From Pirellulales bacterium (GTDB lineage Bacteria; Planctomycetota; Planctomycetia; Pirellulales; JADZDJ01): DNA of 64,000 bases. The DNA is taken from the NCBI GenBank assembly GCA_963716135.1, contig OY970289.1:33634-97633 (forward strand), given 5' to 3'. Every line of letters starts with the position of its first letter. Positions within the stretch are counted from its first letter, which is position 1. Below the pieces are notes generated by a model. It ran no database searches, had not been told where the DNA came from, and saw only the letters and a list, made by a program, of their open reading frames with translations. The position numbers and the translations under genes are program-made. This document shows, one piece after another, positions 32,214 to 44,707 of this stretch.

Positions 32214-34766
32214 ATGCCCGGGCTGATGCCAATTCTCGCGACGGTGGGCAATGCGACCGCGGATGCCGCGCGCGCCGTGACCACGAGCACAGAAACCACG
32301 CCGGTGGCCGAAGCCCTCACGCGCACGCGCTACGAGTTGGCCCGCGTGGAATCGTTTTCCGATTGGTGGCAGATGCCGCTGTTGGTGCTTGTCTGCGTGG
32401 TGGTGTTGATCTACGTCGCCTATCTTTACCGCCGCGACAGCGTGGAATTGAAGCCAGGCATTGGCTTCCTGCTGATGTTTCTGCGCCTGGCGGCGTTCTG
32501 CGGAATTCTGCTGGCCTATCTCGACGTGCAAAAGCGCACGGAGACCAAGGTGGTGCACAATTCGCGCGTGCTGCTTTTGGTCGACACCAGCTTGAGCATG
32601 GCCCGCGCGGATGCGGATGAAAGCACCGCCGGCGCGCCGTCCTTGCGCGCCGCATCGACCACGTCGCAACCGCCCTGGTCGATGGCGATTTCCTCGATCA
32701 ACTCCGCCATACCCATGACGTGTCGGTGGCCAAATTCGACACGGAATTGCGCCGCATCGCCACGCTGCCGCGCTTCTCGCTGGAGGCCGATGAACAGATA
32801 ACAGCGGCTGCCGCCGCCGAGGAAAAACCGCCCGCCGACAAAATCGATTGGCGCAAGGAACTGGAACCGCAAGGCGCCGAAACGCGCCTCGGCCAGTCGG
32901 TACGCCAGATTATCAACGACGAACGCGGCTCCCCAATCTCCGCCGTGGTAGTCTTCAGCGACGGCGGACAAAACGCCGGCGTCGACGTTGCCGCCGCCAT
33001 CAAAACCGCCCAAGAAGCGAAAATTCCCGTTTACACCGTCGCTGTCGGCTCCGCCGCCACGCCCACCACCGTGCGCGTCAGCGATCTGGTCGCCCCGGCA
33101 CGGGCCTATCCCGGCGATGCTTTCCAAGTCACCGGCTACCTGCAATCGCGCGGTCTGAACGGCCGATCCGTCACCGTCGAACTGAGCGTGCTCAACGCCG
33201 CCAAAGAAAAAGAGAACGCCGCCGAGCCAGGCCTGGATGTATCGCAGCGCGTCACGCTGGGCGGCGATAACGAAACGCTGCCGGTGCGGTTCGACATCCC
33301 CGGCCTCGAAACCGCTGGCCGTCGCATCGTCCGCCTGCGCATCAAACCGATTCCCGAAGTCAAAGACAAGACCGACAGCCAGCGCGAAATCGAGGTTGAC
33401 GTGGTCGATCGCAAAAGTCGCGTGCTCCTGTTCGCCGGCGGGCCCTCGCGCGAATATCAATTCCTGCGCAACATGCTCCGCCGCAGCGAACTTGCCAAAA
33501 GCGGCGAGACCATTGTCGACGTTCTGCTGCAATCCGCCGCCGAAGGCGTGTCGCAGGACGCCAATCAAATCCTCGCCGAATTTCCCCGCTCGAAAAAAGA
33601 TCTTACGCGGTACGACACGATCGTGGCCTTCGATCCCGACTGGCGCGCGCTGGACCCTTCGCAAATCCAGGCACTGGAAGATTGGGTCGGCGAAGAATCG
33701 GGCGGGCTGATCGTCATCGCCGGTCCGGTCTATACCGACGCCTGGGTGCAAAGCCCCGCCATGGGACCGATTCGCTCGCTGTATCCTGTCGAATTTAGCC
33801 GCCGCATCGCGCTGTTGGAGGAGGCTCGCTACGGCTCAACGCAGCCGTGGCCTTTGGAATTCACTCGCGAAGGACTGGAAGCCGAATTCCTTTGGCTCGA
33901 CGACAATGCGGCCGTCAGCCGCGAAATCTGGGATTCATTCGCCGGCGTTTACGGTTATTACCGTGTGCGGGGCCCGAAGCCCGGCGCGACGGTGTACGCC
34001 TTGTATTCCGATCCCGAAGCCGCCATCGGCGATCAAAAGCCCGTCTACTTCGCCGGGCAGTTCTACGGCTCCGGCCGCGTGTTCTACATGGGCAGCGGCG
34101 AAATGTGGCGCTTGCGGGCACTCAGCGACAAATATTTCGACACGTTCTACACCAAGCTCATTCGCCATGTGTCGCAGGGCCGATTGCTGCGCGGCTCCGG
34201 TCTGGGCAACCTGATGGTCGAGCGCGATCGATACGTCGTCGGCAACACCGTCGTGGTGCGGGCGCAATTGATGAACGCCCAGCACCAACCGCTGGAAATG
34301 CCGAAGGTCGCGCTGCATGTCATCCAGCGCGACGGCCAGCCGGTGCTGGTGCCGCTGGCTGCCGATTCCGCGCAAGGGAATGTACACCGGCCAGTTCACC
34401 GTCACTCAGGAAGGCGAATGCCGTTTGGAATTGGAGAATCCTGATGCCCTCGGCGAGCCGCTGACCAAGCGCCTGCAGGTGTTCATGCCAAAATTGGAAC
34501 AGGAACATCCGCAGCGCAACGACAAGCCGCTGAAGGAGCTGGCCGACGGCACCGGCGGGCAAATGTACGTCGGCATTCCAGCGGCGATTGGCTCGACGAG
34601 CGAAAAACCGCTGCCGCTGCAACTCAAAGACAAAACGCAAGAAACCTACGTGATGGGGCGCAAGGACCGCAAATGGGAAGAAAACTGGATGCATTTGCTG
34701 CTGGCCCTGATTTGCGGATGCCTGTGCACCGAATGGCTCGTGCGGCGCCTATGCCGCCTGGCATGA
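32214..34766 (+). CDS. Membrane-anchored vWA + glutamine-amidotransferase-like domain protein, indels ~32644 and ~34370
   Basis: DTSLSM, FSDGGQN, GPSREYQFLRN, QFYGSGRVFY, C-terminal EWLVRRL. Confidence 0.85.
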
Positions 34767-34775
34767 AAATTCGAT

Positions 34776-37301
34776 ATGTCCGTTGAATTACAACAACCGT
34801 CGCTCGCTCCCGCGATTTCATCGCTGCTGGCAGGCTTGCGCCTGCGCATCCGCGGCTATGTTTGGGCAGAAGGTCTGGCGCGCGTCGCGATCGTCTTTGG
34901 CGTGGCGTTCTGGGCCACACTGGCGTTCGACTGGTTGTTCGAACCTCCGTGGCAGTTCCGCGCCGTGATGTTGGCCGCGGTCGGTGCTTCGCTCCTGTTG
35001 GTGATCTATCGCCACATTGTGCGCCGCGCATTTCATCGGTTGGACGACGCAAGCCTGGCGCTGGTGCTGGAGCGTCGGTATCCCGACTATTGCGACAGCC
35101 TGTTGACCACCGTCGAAATCGACCGCCATCCGTCGCACGCCTCCGCATTCAATCGCGACATGGTCGATTTCACCCGCCGGCAAGCGGTCGCGCGCTCCAA
35201 AGATGTGCGCCTTGGCGAAGTCTTCCGCATTGCGCCCTCGGCGCGCACGCTCAGCCTGGCGATCGTCCTGGTGGTATCCGTTGGGGCTTTTGCCCTGGTC
35301 GCCCACGGCGCCTACCACACCTGGTATCAGCGCGTGGTCCTGCTGAACCGAGACCTGCTGTGGCCGCGCAGCAATCACGTGCGGGTCGAAGGCTTCCCGC
35401 CCAATCACGTGCGAAAAGTGGCCAAGGGGGCCGACTTCGAATTGCTCGCCGCCGCCGATTTCCGCGCCCCGTTCAAGCTGCCGCACTGGGTCGAAGTGCG
35501 CTATCGAACCGACGAAGGCGTGCGCAACCGCGACAACATGAGCACCGTCGGCGCCGCATCGGCTGAAGATCCGCAGCAAAAATATTCCTATGTCTTCAAG
35601 GGCATCATGTCGTCGATCGATTTCGACGTGCTGGGCGGCGACGACCGCGATCGCGGCTATCGCCTGGAAGTGGTTGACAATCCGGCAATCAGCAAAATGC
35701 AATTGGCCTGCGAGTATCCCGCATACACCGGCCGGCCCGCCGGCATCGTGCCGGCCAGCGCGCTGGTGCAACTGCCGCAAGGCACGAACGTCACCATCAA
35801 CTGCACGACGAATAAAGACATCGCCGGCGTGAATGTTACGATCGTGGCCGGCGACAAGACCGGCAAGCTCGCCGAAATTCAACCTTCGCAAGTCGACCCG
35901 CGGCAGTTCAGCCTCGTGCTGCCCGAATTGATGGAAGACACGACGCTTATGTTCGAGCTGCACGACACCGACGGCATCCAAAGCCGCGATCCGGTGCGAT
36001 TAACGCTGATCGCCGCGCCCGATGAAGCCCCCGTCGTCGCGCTGCGGCTGCAAGGCATCAGCACCGCCATTACGCCCAACGCGCGGCTGCCGGTCATTGG
36101 CGAAGTGCGCGATGATTACGGTTTGACGCGCTTGTGGTTTGAATATCAACTGGCGTCGCACGCGCCCGCAGGCTCGTCGAAAGATTCATCAGCAAAGCCA
36201 ACGCCGCCTGGCGACAAAGAACCCTCCGCCGAACAGCCGCTGCACGCCTCGACCCTTGGGCGTGACGATCGGCCCAAAACTCAACTGGCCCTGGAATCAA
36301 CCGACGCTGAGGCCCTCGATCTGAAGCATCTTCGCGACGTCGGCGAGCTGCTCGCGCGCCGCGGCGTGAAATCGCCCAAGGACCTGGCGAAAATCACCGC
36401 CCCTGATGAATCACGACTAATCTCGGCCATCAAAAGCCAAGAGCAGATCGATCGCGCCATGGCATTCCACCCGCAGGTCGGCGACCACCTTTTCGTGGCG
36501 CTCAAAGCGGCCGACAACTGCGCGTTGCCATCGGGAATCAACATCGGACAGGGAGAAAGGTATCAGCTCGAGATCGTTCCGCCCGAGCAACTGCTTTCGA
36601 TGTTGGAAGGGCGGGAATTGATGTTGCGGCGGCGCTTCGAGGTCATCTATCAGGAAATGCTCGACACCCGCGACGGGCTGGCGCGGATCGATTTCACGCC
36701 TCCCGATGCCCAGTCGGCGGCCGACGACAAATCTCAAGAACCGGGCGACAAGGCAAGCGGTGATTCCGACAAACAGCTCGGCGATCTGCAAGAAACCCCC
36801 GACGAGCGCGCTGCGCGGCTAGCCAAGCGCGCCGCCGAAATGCGCGACCTGCGAGTCAACCGCGCCCTGGACAACGCCGACCGCTCGGCCAGCGAAACGC
36901 TCACCGTGGCCGATTCGTTCGACGACATCCGCGAAGAGATGGTCAACAACCGCGTGGATACGCCCGCCGTCGAAGCGCGGCTGAAGGATCAGATTGCCGA
37001 CCCGCTGCGGCGGATCAGCGTCGAAATGTTTCCGCAGTTGAAGGCCAGTTTGCAGCAGCTTCGCCGCGAGCTCGACGATCCCCAAGCCGGCCAGGCCAGC
37101 CTGCGGAAATCGCTGACCCAGGCCGACGCCATCCTGGTCGAGATGAAGCTCGTGCTGGACAAGATGTTAGAATTAGAGACGTTCAACGAAGTGGTCGAAC
37201 AGTTGCGGCAGATCATCGCCAACCAAGGCCGGCTGAGCGACGAGACCCTGAAACGCCAAAAGGAGGAGTTGAAGCAGAAGTTGCGCGATCTGGAGAAATA
37301 A
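34776..37301 (+). CDS. Membrane protein with Ig-like and coiled-coil regions (DUF4175-like)
   Basis: N-terminal TMs, A..LERRYP...SLLTTVE, YPAYTG, DDYGL, long C-terminal helices. Confidence 0.8.
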   Translation: MSVELQQPSLAPAISSLLAGLRLRIRGYVWAEGLARVAIVFGVAFWATLAFDWLFEPPWQFRAVMLAAVGASLLLVIYRHIVRRAFHRLDDASLALVLERRYPDYCDSLLTTVEIDRHPSHASAFNRDMVDFTRRQAVARSKDVRLGEVFRIAPSARTLSLAIVLVVSVGAFALVAHGAYHTWYQRVVLLNRDLLWPRSNHVRVEGFPPNHVRKVAKGADFELLAAADFRAPFKLPHWVEVRYRTDEGVRNRDNMSTVGAASAEDPQQKYSYVFKGIMSSIDFDVLGGDDRDRGYRLEVVDNPAISKMQLACEYPAYTGRPAGIVPASALVQLPQGTNVTINCTTNKDIAGVNVTIVAGDKTGKLAEIQPSQVDPRQFSLVLPELMEDTTLMFELHDTDGIQSRDPVRLTLIAAPDEAPVVALRLQGISTAITPNARLPVIGEVRDDYGLTRLWFEYQLASHAPAGSSKDSSAKPTPPGDKEPSAEQPLHASTLGRDDRPKTQLALESTDAEALDLKHLRDVGELLARRGVKSPKDLAKITAPDESRLISAIKSQEQIDRAMAFHPQVGDHLFVALKAADNCALPSGINIGQGERYQLEIVPPEQLLSMLEGRELMLRRRFEVIYQEMLDTRDGLARIDFTPPDAQSAADDKSQEPGDKASGDSDKQLGDLQETPDERAARLAKRAAEMRDLRVNRALDNADRSASETLTVADSFDDIREEMVNNRVDTPAVEARLKDQIADPLRRISVEMFPQLKASLQQLRRELDDPQAGQASLRKSLTQADAILVEMKLVLDKMLELETFNEVVEQLRQIIANQGRLSDETLKRQKEELKQKLRDLEK

Positions 37302-37502
37302 GGTCGCTCGAACTGGCTGCTTTCGCGGCAACCGCCGGTAAACGAGGAACTTTAGCACTGCTCGATGGCACTAACCTATTGTCCCGATTCACCATGGAGA
37401 TACGTCAGTTTGGCGTGCCGGTCGCTTGAGAGGAAACGGATCGAGATTGCCGCTTGCCGGCAATCGGCACACAATTGAATGACTGCACAAGGCTATTTCG
37501 TA

Positions 37503-39355
37503 ATGACAATGTCCGGCCGCATTAAACCCTGGATTCCGCTAGCGACGATAAGCGCCCTTTCGCTTTTGGCGCAATGCGGCCAGGCTTCGCCCGCGCCGAC
37601 GAGACGCCGGACGCCGGCGCCGCGCCGCAGCCGGCCGTCAAAACATCTTCATCGGCCGAGGACGACGCCAAGCTTTCCGTCGAGCAAGCCCGGCTGGCCG
37701 ATCGCTACAAGGAATTGGAGCGCGTCATCCTCCGCATGGCCGAGGTGATGCAGCCCACCGATCCTAAGCGCGCCGCCTTGCTGAAGCAGGCGTTTGCACA
37801 AAGCAAAGAGCGGCAGATCGACCTGCAATTCGAAGACGTCGTCAAGCTGCTGGAAAAGGAACAGCTCTATCAGGCCAACAAAGGCCAGGCGGCGGTCCAG
37901 CAAGATCTCAATCGCCTATTGCAATTGCTGCTGAGCGGCGAACGCGAAAAACAAATCGCCAACGAGCGCGTCGAAATCAAGAAATTCATCGAGCGCATCA
38001 ACAAACTGATTCGCCAGCAGCAGGGCATCCAGGGCGAGACTGAAGGGCAGGGGGAGGTGCCCGATCTCACCAGGCGGCAAGGCGAAGTTGCCGACAAGAC
38101 GGGCGAACTGGCCGGCGATCTGAAAAAATTCGAAAGCCGAAACGAGCCGGCCGGCGCCGCCGACCAGCCAGCCGATAAAGCCGGCGAAAAGCCCGGCGAC
38201 AAGGAATCCGGCGCCAAACCGGACGACAAAAAAGCTTCCGGCAAGCCCGACGCCAAACCGGCCGGCAAGGCGGACGATAAAAAATCGGACGGCAAATCGG
38301 CGGACGGCAAGGCCAACGGCAAACCGGACGATCAATCCGCCGACAAGTCCGGCGGCAAACCTGGCGGCAAGCCCGACGACAAATCCGCAGACGACCAAAA
38401 AGGCGAGCCGGGCGGCGATAAAAACAAACCCTCCGGCAGCAAGCAAGACCAACAAGGCGGATCGCCCAGCCCGGGCGAATCACCCGGCGAGGAAAACTCC
38501 GATAATCAATCGGACAAATCGTCGGAGAACGACCAGACGCAAGGGCGCAAGCGCGTCCAACAAGCCGAAGAGCGGATGCGCGACGCCCGGCGCCGGCTGG
38601 AACAGGCCAACCGCCGCGGCGCCGCGGAGGAACAGGAAAAGGCGCTCGCCGAATTGAAACTCGCCAAGGCCCAACTGGAAGAGATTCTCCGCCAGTTGCG
38701 CGAAGAAGAAGTGGAACGCGTGCTGGCCGCCCTGGAAACCCGCTTTCGCAAAATGCTCGAAATGCAACTCGGCGTGAATGAAGGCACCGTGCGCCTCGAT
38801 TCCATCGCCGAGGACCAGCGCGACCACGACGTCGAAATCGAGTCGGGCAAGCTCAGCCGCAAAGAGTCGCTCATCACCGCCGAGGCCGACAAAACATTGT
38901 CGCTGTTGCGCGAAGAAGGATCCTCCGTCGCCTTCCCTGAAACCGTCGGCCAGATGCGCGAAGACATGGACCAGGTCGCCGGCCGGTTGGCCCGGGCAAA
39001 CGTCGGCCACATCACGCAAGACGTCGAAAAAGACATCGTCGCTTCATTGGAAGAGCTGATCGCCGCCTTGCAAAAAGCGCAAAAAGAACAGCAAATGCGC
39101 CGCGGCGGGAGCGGCCACGGAGGCGGTGGCGGCAACCAGGACCAGCCGCTGTTGGATCAAATCGCTGAACTGAGAATGATTCGCTCCCTGCAAATACAAG
39201 TGAACTCCAGGACACAACGGTATTCCAAGCTGCTTACCGATGGCGCCGAACAGGCCACCGAGCCCGACCTGGTCGAAGCGCTCAAGCGGCTGGGCGAGCG
39301 GGAAGAGCGCGTCTACCGAACCACGCGCGACATCGTGGTGGGGAAAAACCGATGA
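37503..39355 (+). CDS. Secreted coiled-coil protein with K/D/G/P low-complexity linker, indel ~37570
   Basis: Signal in the upstream frame; LRQLREEE, QPL...AELRMIRSLQ.QVN.RT. Confidence 0.8.
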
Positions 39356-40476
39356 GTCGATTCATCCATCAAATGGTGCTGACGCCGACGCTGCTGGCCG
39401 TGGCGCTGTGCGCCGCTGCCCGCGGGCAAGTGGCGCTCGACGACACGTTCGGCAAAGCGCCGTCGTGGAAATCGCCCACGGTCGCGGAGGTGCGCTCCCA
39501 AGTCGTCGCCTGGCTCGACGAATCGAAGCCCGCCGACGCCGTCCGCCGGCAGGTGCTTACGCTGTGGCCGGAATCGGAAACCACGGCCGGCGCATCGAAG
39601 CAACCGACTTCCGCGCAGCTTTTGGAGCGCGTGGTGACCACCCTGTCGCTAGTCGATCCGCAGTCGAAGCAATTGGCCGATCTGTGCACCAAACCGCACG
39701 ACGCGTTCAAAACGCCGCAGTTCCCCTGGTTGGCCGACAGCAAGACTCCCGCCTTCGTGCGCAACAATTTGCGCTTGTGCCTCGGCCGGTGGCTGGCTCA
39801 GCAGCAGATGTACGATGAGTCGCTGGCGCAACTCGCCGATTTGCAACCCGCCGACGTCGTCGATCCCGGGGCGCTCTTGTTCTATCAAAGCGTCTGTCAA
39901 CATTGGATGCTGCACAAGACCGATGGCCTGAAGAGCATCGCGAAACTTTTGGAGCAGAAGAAAACGATCCCTCGCCGCTACGCGCAAATGGCCGAACTGA
40001 TGCAGGCCGACCTGTCGGCGCTCGAGGACGATTCGCTGGATCATATTTCGCGCCGAATGAACGACGTCACACGGCGGTTGGATTTCGCTCATGCCGGCAA
40101 GCGAGTGCGCGGCATCGAGGACGGCATCATCGCCTCGCTGGATAAGCTTATCAAGCAAAAGGAAGACGAAGCCGCCGCCAGCAGCGGCGGTTCCGGCGAC
40201 GAAGACAAAGATAATCAGGGTCCCGGCGGTCAGGGAGGCAATCCGCAAGGCATTCGTTCCACCGCTCCCGCTAAAGATAGCCGCGCCGCCCCGGGGGGCG
40301 GTCCCGGCGAAGTCACCAGCAAGAGAATCGGCAACCAAAGCGGCTGGGGCGAGCTGCCCGCCAAGGAGCGCGAAGCGGCCATTCAGCAAATCGGCAAAGA
40401 TTTTCCCTCCCACTACCGCGACATTATCGAGCAATACTTTCGTAAGCTGGCCACAGACGAGGAAGAGAAGCAATGA
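39352..40476 (+). CDS. Secreted hypothetical protein (TPR-like, C-terminal WG.LP..ERE...YF..LA motif)
   Basis: Overlapping ATGA coupling with the previous gene; signal peptide. Confidence 0.85.
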   Translation: MSRFIHQMVLTPTLLAVALCAAARGQVALDDTFGKAPSWKSPTVAEVRSQVVAWLDESKPADAVRRQVLTLWPESETTAGASKQPTSAQLLERVVTTLSLVDPQSKQLADLCTKPHDAFKTPQFPWLADSKTPAFVRNNLRLCLGRWLAQQQMYDESLAQLADLQPADVVDPGALLFYQSVCQHWMLHKTDGLKSIAKLLEQKKTIPRRYAQMAELMQADLSALEDDSLDHISRRMNDVTRRLDFAHAGKRVRGIEDGIIASLDKLIKQKEDEAAASSGGSGDEDKDNQGPGGQGGNPQGIRSTAPAKDSRAAPGGGPGEVTSKRIGNQSGWGELPAKEREAAIQQIGKDFPSHYRDIIEQYFRKLATDEEEKQ

Positions 40477-40553
40477 CCAATGACCAAATCCCAATGACCA
40501 AAGATCTTTCCAATGCCGCAGGCTTGGTCATTGGTGCTTGGTTATTGGTCATT
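40472..40553. repeat. Heptamer inverted tandem repeat, AATGACC family
   Basis: aatgacc aatgacc aaatccc aatgacc ... ggtcatt ggtgctt ggttatt ggtcatt; the first unit supplies the TGA stop. Confidence 0.9.
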
Positions 40554-40576
40554 CGAACTAATCGGGAGATGAAAGC

Positions 40577-41842
40577 TTGACTTGTGCTCCCTTCATTATC
40601 GTTGCAGTTTTGGCCATCGGGGCCGCTGATGCACATGCCGCCACGCCGGATGCCAAAGCCGCCGCTTTGAATCAAAAGCCGGCGTTCGTCGCCGGCCCGG
40701 CCGTGGACGTAGGCCTGTCGGATGGCAGCGCTTTATCCGGCACGCTTTCAAACGTATCAGCCGACAAAATCGCCGTCGAATCCGACAATAAGACGATGAC
40801 GCTGCCCAGCGAGCGTTTGTTGTCGGTCGTGCCGAAGGCTTCGCCGGAGCCTTCCACCGAAAGTCCCACGGCCTGGATCGAACTGGTCGACGGCTCGAAA
40901 CTCACCGACGACAATTTCGTCTTGGCCAACGACTCACAGTCCGGCGCCGCCGATCGCTACGGCCAGGGCGCCGGCGCTTTGCGCATCGTGCGCTTCTCCC
41001 GCCCCGGCGATCCGGCTTCTCCGATTTGGCCGGAGAAAATCGCAGCCGATGCCACCGGCGATCTGGTGGTCGTGCGAAAGAAAGATTCGGTCGACTTCCT
41101 CGAAGGCCAGATCGAATCGGTCAGCAAGACTCACGTCGTGCTCCGCATGGATGGCCAGCCCTATCCAATCGCCCGCGAGAAAGTCGACGGCATCATTTTT
41201 TATCACAAGGCCGGCGAGGCGCTGCCGGAGGCCGCCTGCGTGGTCGAGACGAATCGCGGCTGGAAGTTGCAGGCCCGCGAACTGTTCCTTTCCGACGAAT
41301 CGAAAAAACTGAATGTCAAGTTGGCCAGTGGCGTCGAACTTCCCTTGCCGTGGAACACCGTCACGCGGCTGGATTTTTCCGTCGGCAAAATCCTCTATCT
41401 CAGCGATCTGGATCCGGAATCCGTTCGCTGGACTCCCTATCTCGATTTCCAAAAGGCCTCCGCCACGCTGGAACAATTCTACGCTCCGCGCCGCGACGAA
41501 GGGCGCGAGCATCGGTCGCTTGTGATCGGCGGGAAGACGTATGCCAAAGGGATCGCCCTCTACAGCCGGACCGAGATGACCTATCGTTTGCCCGCCGGCG
41601 CCAAAAAGTTCACCGCGTTGGCCGGCATCGACGATAGCGTGCGCTCGGTCGGCGGGGTGCGCCTGGAAATTTCCGCCGACGGCAAGAAGCTCTTTGACAA
41701 GGCTATCTCCGGCGGCGACGCGCCTGCGAACATCGATCTCGATCTGTCCGGCGCGAAGCGGCTTACGATCCTGGTCGATTACGGCGCCGGGCTGGATGCC
41801 GGCGATTATCTGGATCTCGCGGAGGCAAAGATTTTGAAATGA
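40577..41842 (+). CDS. NPCBM/NEW2 domain protein
   Basis: YLSDL, GGKTYAKGI, FTALAGIDD, DLSGAKRLTILVDYG...D.LDLAEAKI. Confidence 0.88.
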   Translation: MTCAPFIIVAVLAIGAADAHAATPDAKAAALNQKPAFVAGPAVDVGLSDGSALSGTLSNVSADKIAVESDNKTMTLPSERLLSVVPKASPEPSTESPTAWIELVDGSKLTDDNFVLANDSQSGAADRYGQGAGALRIVRFSRPGDPASPIWPEKIAADATGDLVVVRKKDSVDFLEGQIESVSKTHVVLRMDGQPYPIAREKVDGIIFYHKAGEALPEAACVVETNRGWKLQARELFLSDESKKLNVKLASGVELPLPWNTVTRLDFSVGKILYLSDLDPESVRWTPYLDFQKASATLEQFYAPRRDEGREHRSLVIGGKTYAKGIALYSRTEMTYRLPAGAKKFTALAGIDDSVRSVGGVRLEISADGKKLFDKAISGGDAPANIDLDLSGAKRLTILVDYGAGLDAGDYLDLAEAKILK

Positions 41843-43661
41843 TTCTCCGCCCGATCCACCTGCCGTTTGCGATCGCGCTTTCAACCGCGCTGTGGCTGGC
41901 GCTGGCGCGCGCGCCTCGGCGCTGCCGACCGACCAGCCTAAGCCGTCCGACATCGATCCCGCGGTGCTGGCGGCCGAGCAATCGCGCATCGCCGCCGCGG
42001 ACAAGGCGATTCCCTCGGTGCTGTGCATCTTCTCGCCGGGAGGGCAGGGGGGCGGCTCCGGCGTCGTCATCTCGCCGGATGGCTACGCGCTCACGAATTT
42101 CCACGTCGCCAAACCGTGCGGCACCTTCATGAAGTGCGGCATGGCCGACGGAAAACTGTACGATGCGGTGATCGTCGGCCTCGATCCGGTGGGCGACGTC
42201 GCGCTCATCAAGCTGTACGGCCGCGACGATTTCCCCGCCGCCGAACTGGCCGACAGCGACGACGTCCAAGTCGGCGACGGCTGCTTCACCATGGGCAACC
42301 CGTTCCTGCTGGCCACCGACTTTCATCCCTCGGTCGCTTATGGCATCGTTTCGGGCGTGCACCGCTATCAGTATCCCGCCGGCACGTTGTTGGAATATAC
42401 CGATTGCCTGCAAGTCGACGCGGCCATCAACCCCGGCAATTCCGGCGGGCCGCTGTTCGACGCCCAAGGCCGCCTGCTGGGCATCAACGGCCGCGGCTCG
42501 TTTGAAAAGCGCGGCCGCGTGAATGTCGGCGTGGGCTATGCCATCTCGATCAATCAGATCAAGAACTTTCTGGGAAATTTGAAAGCCGGGCGCATCGTCG
42601 ATCATGCCACCCTCGGCGCACGAGTGTCCACCAGTGAAGATGGCCGAGTCCTGGTCAGCGACATCTTGGAAAATAGCGACGCCTATCGCCGCGGGCTGCG
42701 TTACGACGACGAAATCGTCTCCTTTGCCGGCCGTCCTATTCGCAGCGTCAACGCGCTGAAAAACGTGCTGGGAATCTTCCCCAAGGGCTGGCGAGTGCAA
42801 CTTACCTATCGCCGCGGCGGCGAAAACCACGACACGTTCGTGCGACTGATGGGCGTCCATAGCGACGTGGAGTTGCTCGCCAAAGTCGAAGGCCGACTGC
42901 CGGGCGAAATGCCGCCGCAGCGCCGCCCCAAAGGCAAACCCGGCGAGGAACCCAATCCCGACAAAAAGAAACCCGCTCCAGACAAAAGCTTGAAAGAAGC
43001 CGTCAAATCGCCGGTGCCCGAGGAATTGAAAAAACAGTTCGAGGCGCGCCCCGGCTACGCCAACTACTATTTCAATCGGCAAAACGTCCAACGCATATGG
43101 AACGCCTGGAAAGCTCATGGCGATTTCTCCAAGCTCTCCGGCGCGTGGACCATTACCGGCCAGGCGGGCGCCGACCAGCAGGTGGTCATCCGCTTGGACA
43201 ATTCTCAAGGCGAAATCGAATTGCCCACCGGCGATTCGAAAATTGCAGTCGCCGGCGGCGTGATCGATTCGGTGCTCAACCCGCCGGGCAGCGGCGGCTT
43301 TCTGCCCGCCATGTACTTATGGCGAAAACTGCTCATCGGCGGACCGGGCCGCTTCGGCCAGATCACCTACGAAGGCGCCGCTCCGTTGCCGCATTACGAG
43401 GGTCTGTTCGACGTGCTGCACGCCGTGGGGGACGGTGTCGAAACCCGCTTCTATTGCGATCCGTCCGACGGCCAACTGGTGTGCCTGGAAATGTTCCCCG
43501 ACGATGGGGCCGATCCGTGTGAAGTTTATTTCAGCGACTATCGCGAAGTCGACGGGCGGCTGTTGGCGCATCGCATGCTGGTGCGCTACGAGAACAACGT
43601 GTTCGCAGAATTCACGCTGACCAATTTCGATTTGCAAAAGAGCCAACCGGCGGCGCATTGA
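41839..43661 (+). CDS. S1C (HtrA-like) serine protease with PDZ and C-terminal extension, indel ~41908
   Basis: GSGVVISPDGYALTNFHV, DVALIK, DAAINPGNSGGPL: intact triad. Confidence 0.92.
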
Positions 43662-44707
43662 TGGCCAACCTTCGAAATAACTCGACGCTCGGTTTCGGAT
43701 GGACGCTGGCGGTTGCCGCGCTTGTGCTGATTCCGCGCGCCGCATCCGCCGCCAGGCCCGCGGAGGTCATCCACGACGGCCAGCAGCGATCCGTCAAGGT
43801 CTACGGCGCCGGCGGCCTGCGCGGCTTGGATGCCTATCAATCCGGCTTTCTGATTTCCGCCGAAGGCCACATCGTCACAGTCTTCAGCCACGTGCTGGAT
43901 AGCGACGTGATCACCGTCACCCTCGACGACGGCCGGAAGTTCGAAGCTCAGTTGCTGGGCGCCGATCCGCGGTTGGAAGTCGCCGTTTTGAAAATCGACG
44001 CCGCCGAGTTGCCGTTTTTCGATCTGCATCAGGCGGCGACCGCCACGGAAGGCACGGCCGTGCTGGCCTTCAGCAATCTGTTCGGCATCGCCACCGGCGA
44101 GGAGCCCGTAAGCGTGCAGCACGGCGTCATTTCGGCCGTCGCGCCGCTGGCCGCGCGCCGCGGCGCCTACGAAACTCCCTACCAGGGCCCCGTCTACGTG
44201 CTCGATGCCATGACGAACAATCCCGGCGCCGCCGGTGGAGCGCTCACCAACGTCCGCGGCCAACTGCTGGGCATGCTCGGCCTCCAACTGCGCAATGCCC
44301 AAAACAACAGTTGGCTGAACTACGCCGTGCCGGTGAACGAAATCGTCGAAGCCGTCGAGGCGATCAAAGCCGGTCAAACGCGCTCCGCCGACGCGCACTC
44401 CGCCCGCCAGAAGCTTCCCGAGAATCCGCTCACGGTGGCCGACCTGGGAATCGTGCTGGTGCCCAACGTGCTGGAGCGCACCCCGCCGTTTGTCGACACC
44501 GTGCGTCCGGATTCCCCCGCCGCGGCCGCCGGAATTCGCGCCGACGATCTGATCGTCTTCGTCAACAATCAGCTCGTGCAATCGTGCAAAGCGCTTCAAG
44601 CGGAATTGGAAAAACTCGATCAAGACGCCCAAGTGCGGCTGATGCTATTGCGCGACAACGCGCTGGTGGAAGTAAATTTGCGAGCCAACGATGAACCGGT
44701 GCACTAA
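43658..44707 (+). CDS. S1C protease-like PDZ protein, catalytic Ser replaced
   Basis: SGFLISAEGHIVTVFSHV, EVAVLK, NNPGAAGGAL in place of GNSGG. Confidence 0.85.
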   Translation: MMANLRNNSTLGFGWTLAVAALVLIPRAASAARPAEVIHDGQQRSVKVYGAGGLRGLDAYQSGFLISAEGHIVTVFSHVLDSDVITVTLDDGRKFEAQLLGADPRLEVAVLKIDAAELPFFDLHQAATATEGTAVLAFSNLFGIATGEEPVSVQHGVISAVAPLAARRGAYETPYQGPVYVLDAMTNNPGAAGGALTNVRGQLLGMLGLQLRNAQNNSWLNYAVPVNEIVEAVEAIKAGQTRSADAHSARQKLPENPLTVADLGIVLVPNVLERTPPFVDTVRPDSPAAAAGIRADDLIVFVNNQLVQSCKALQAELEKLDQDAQVRLMLLRDNALVEVNLRANDEPVH

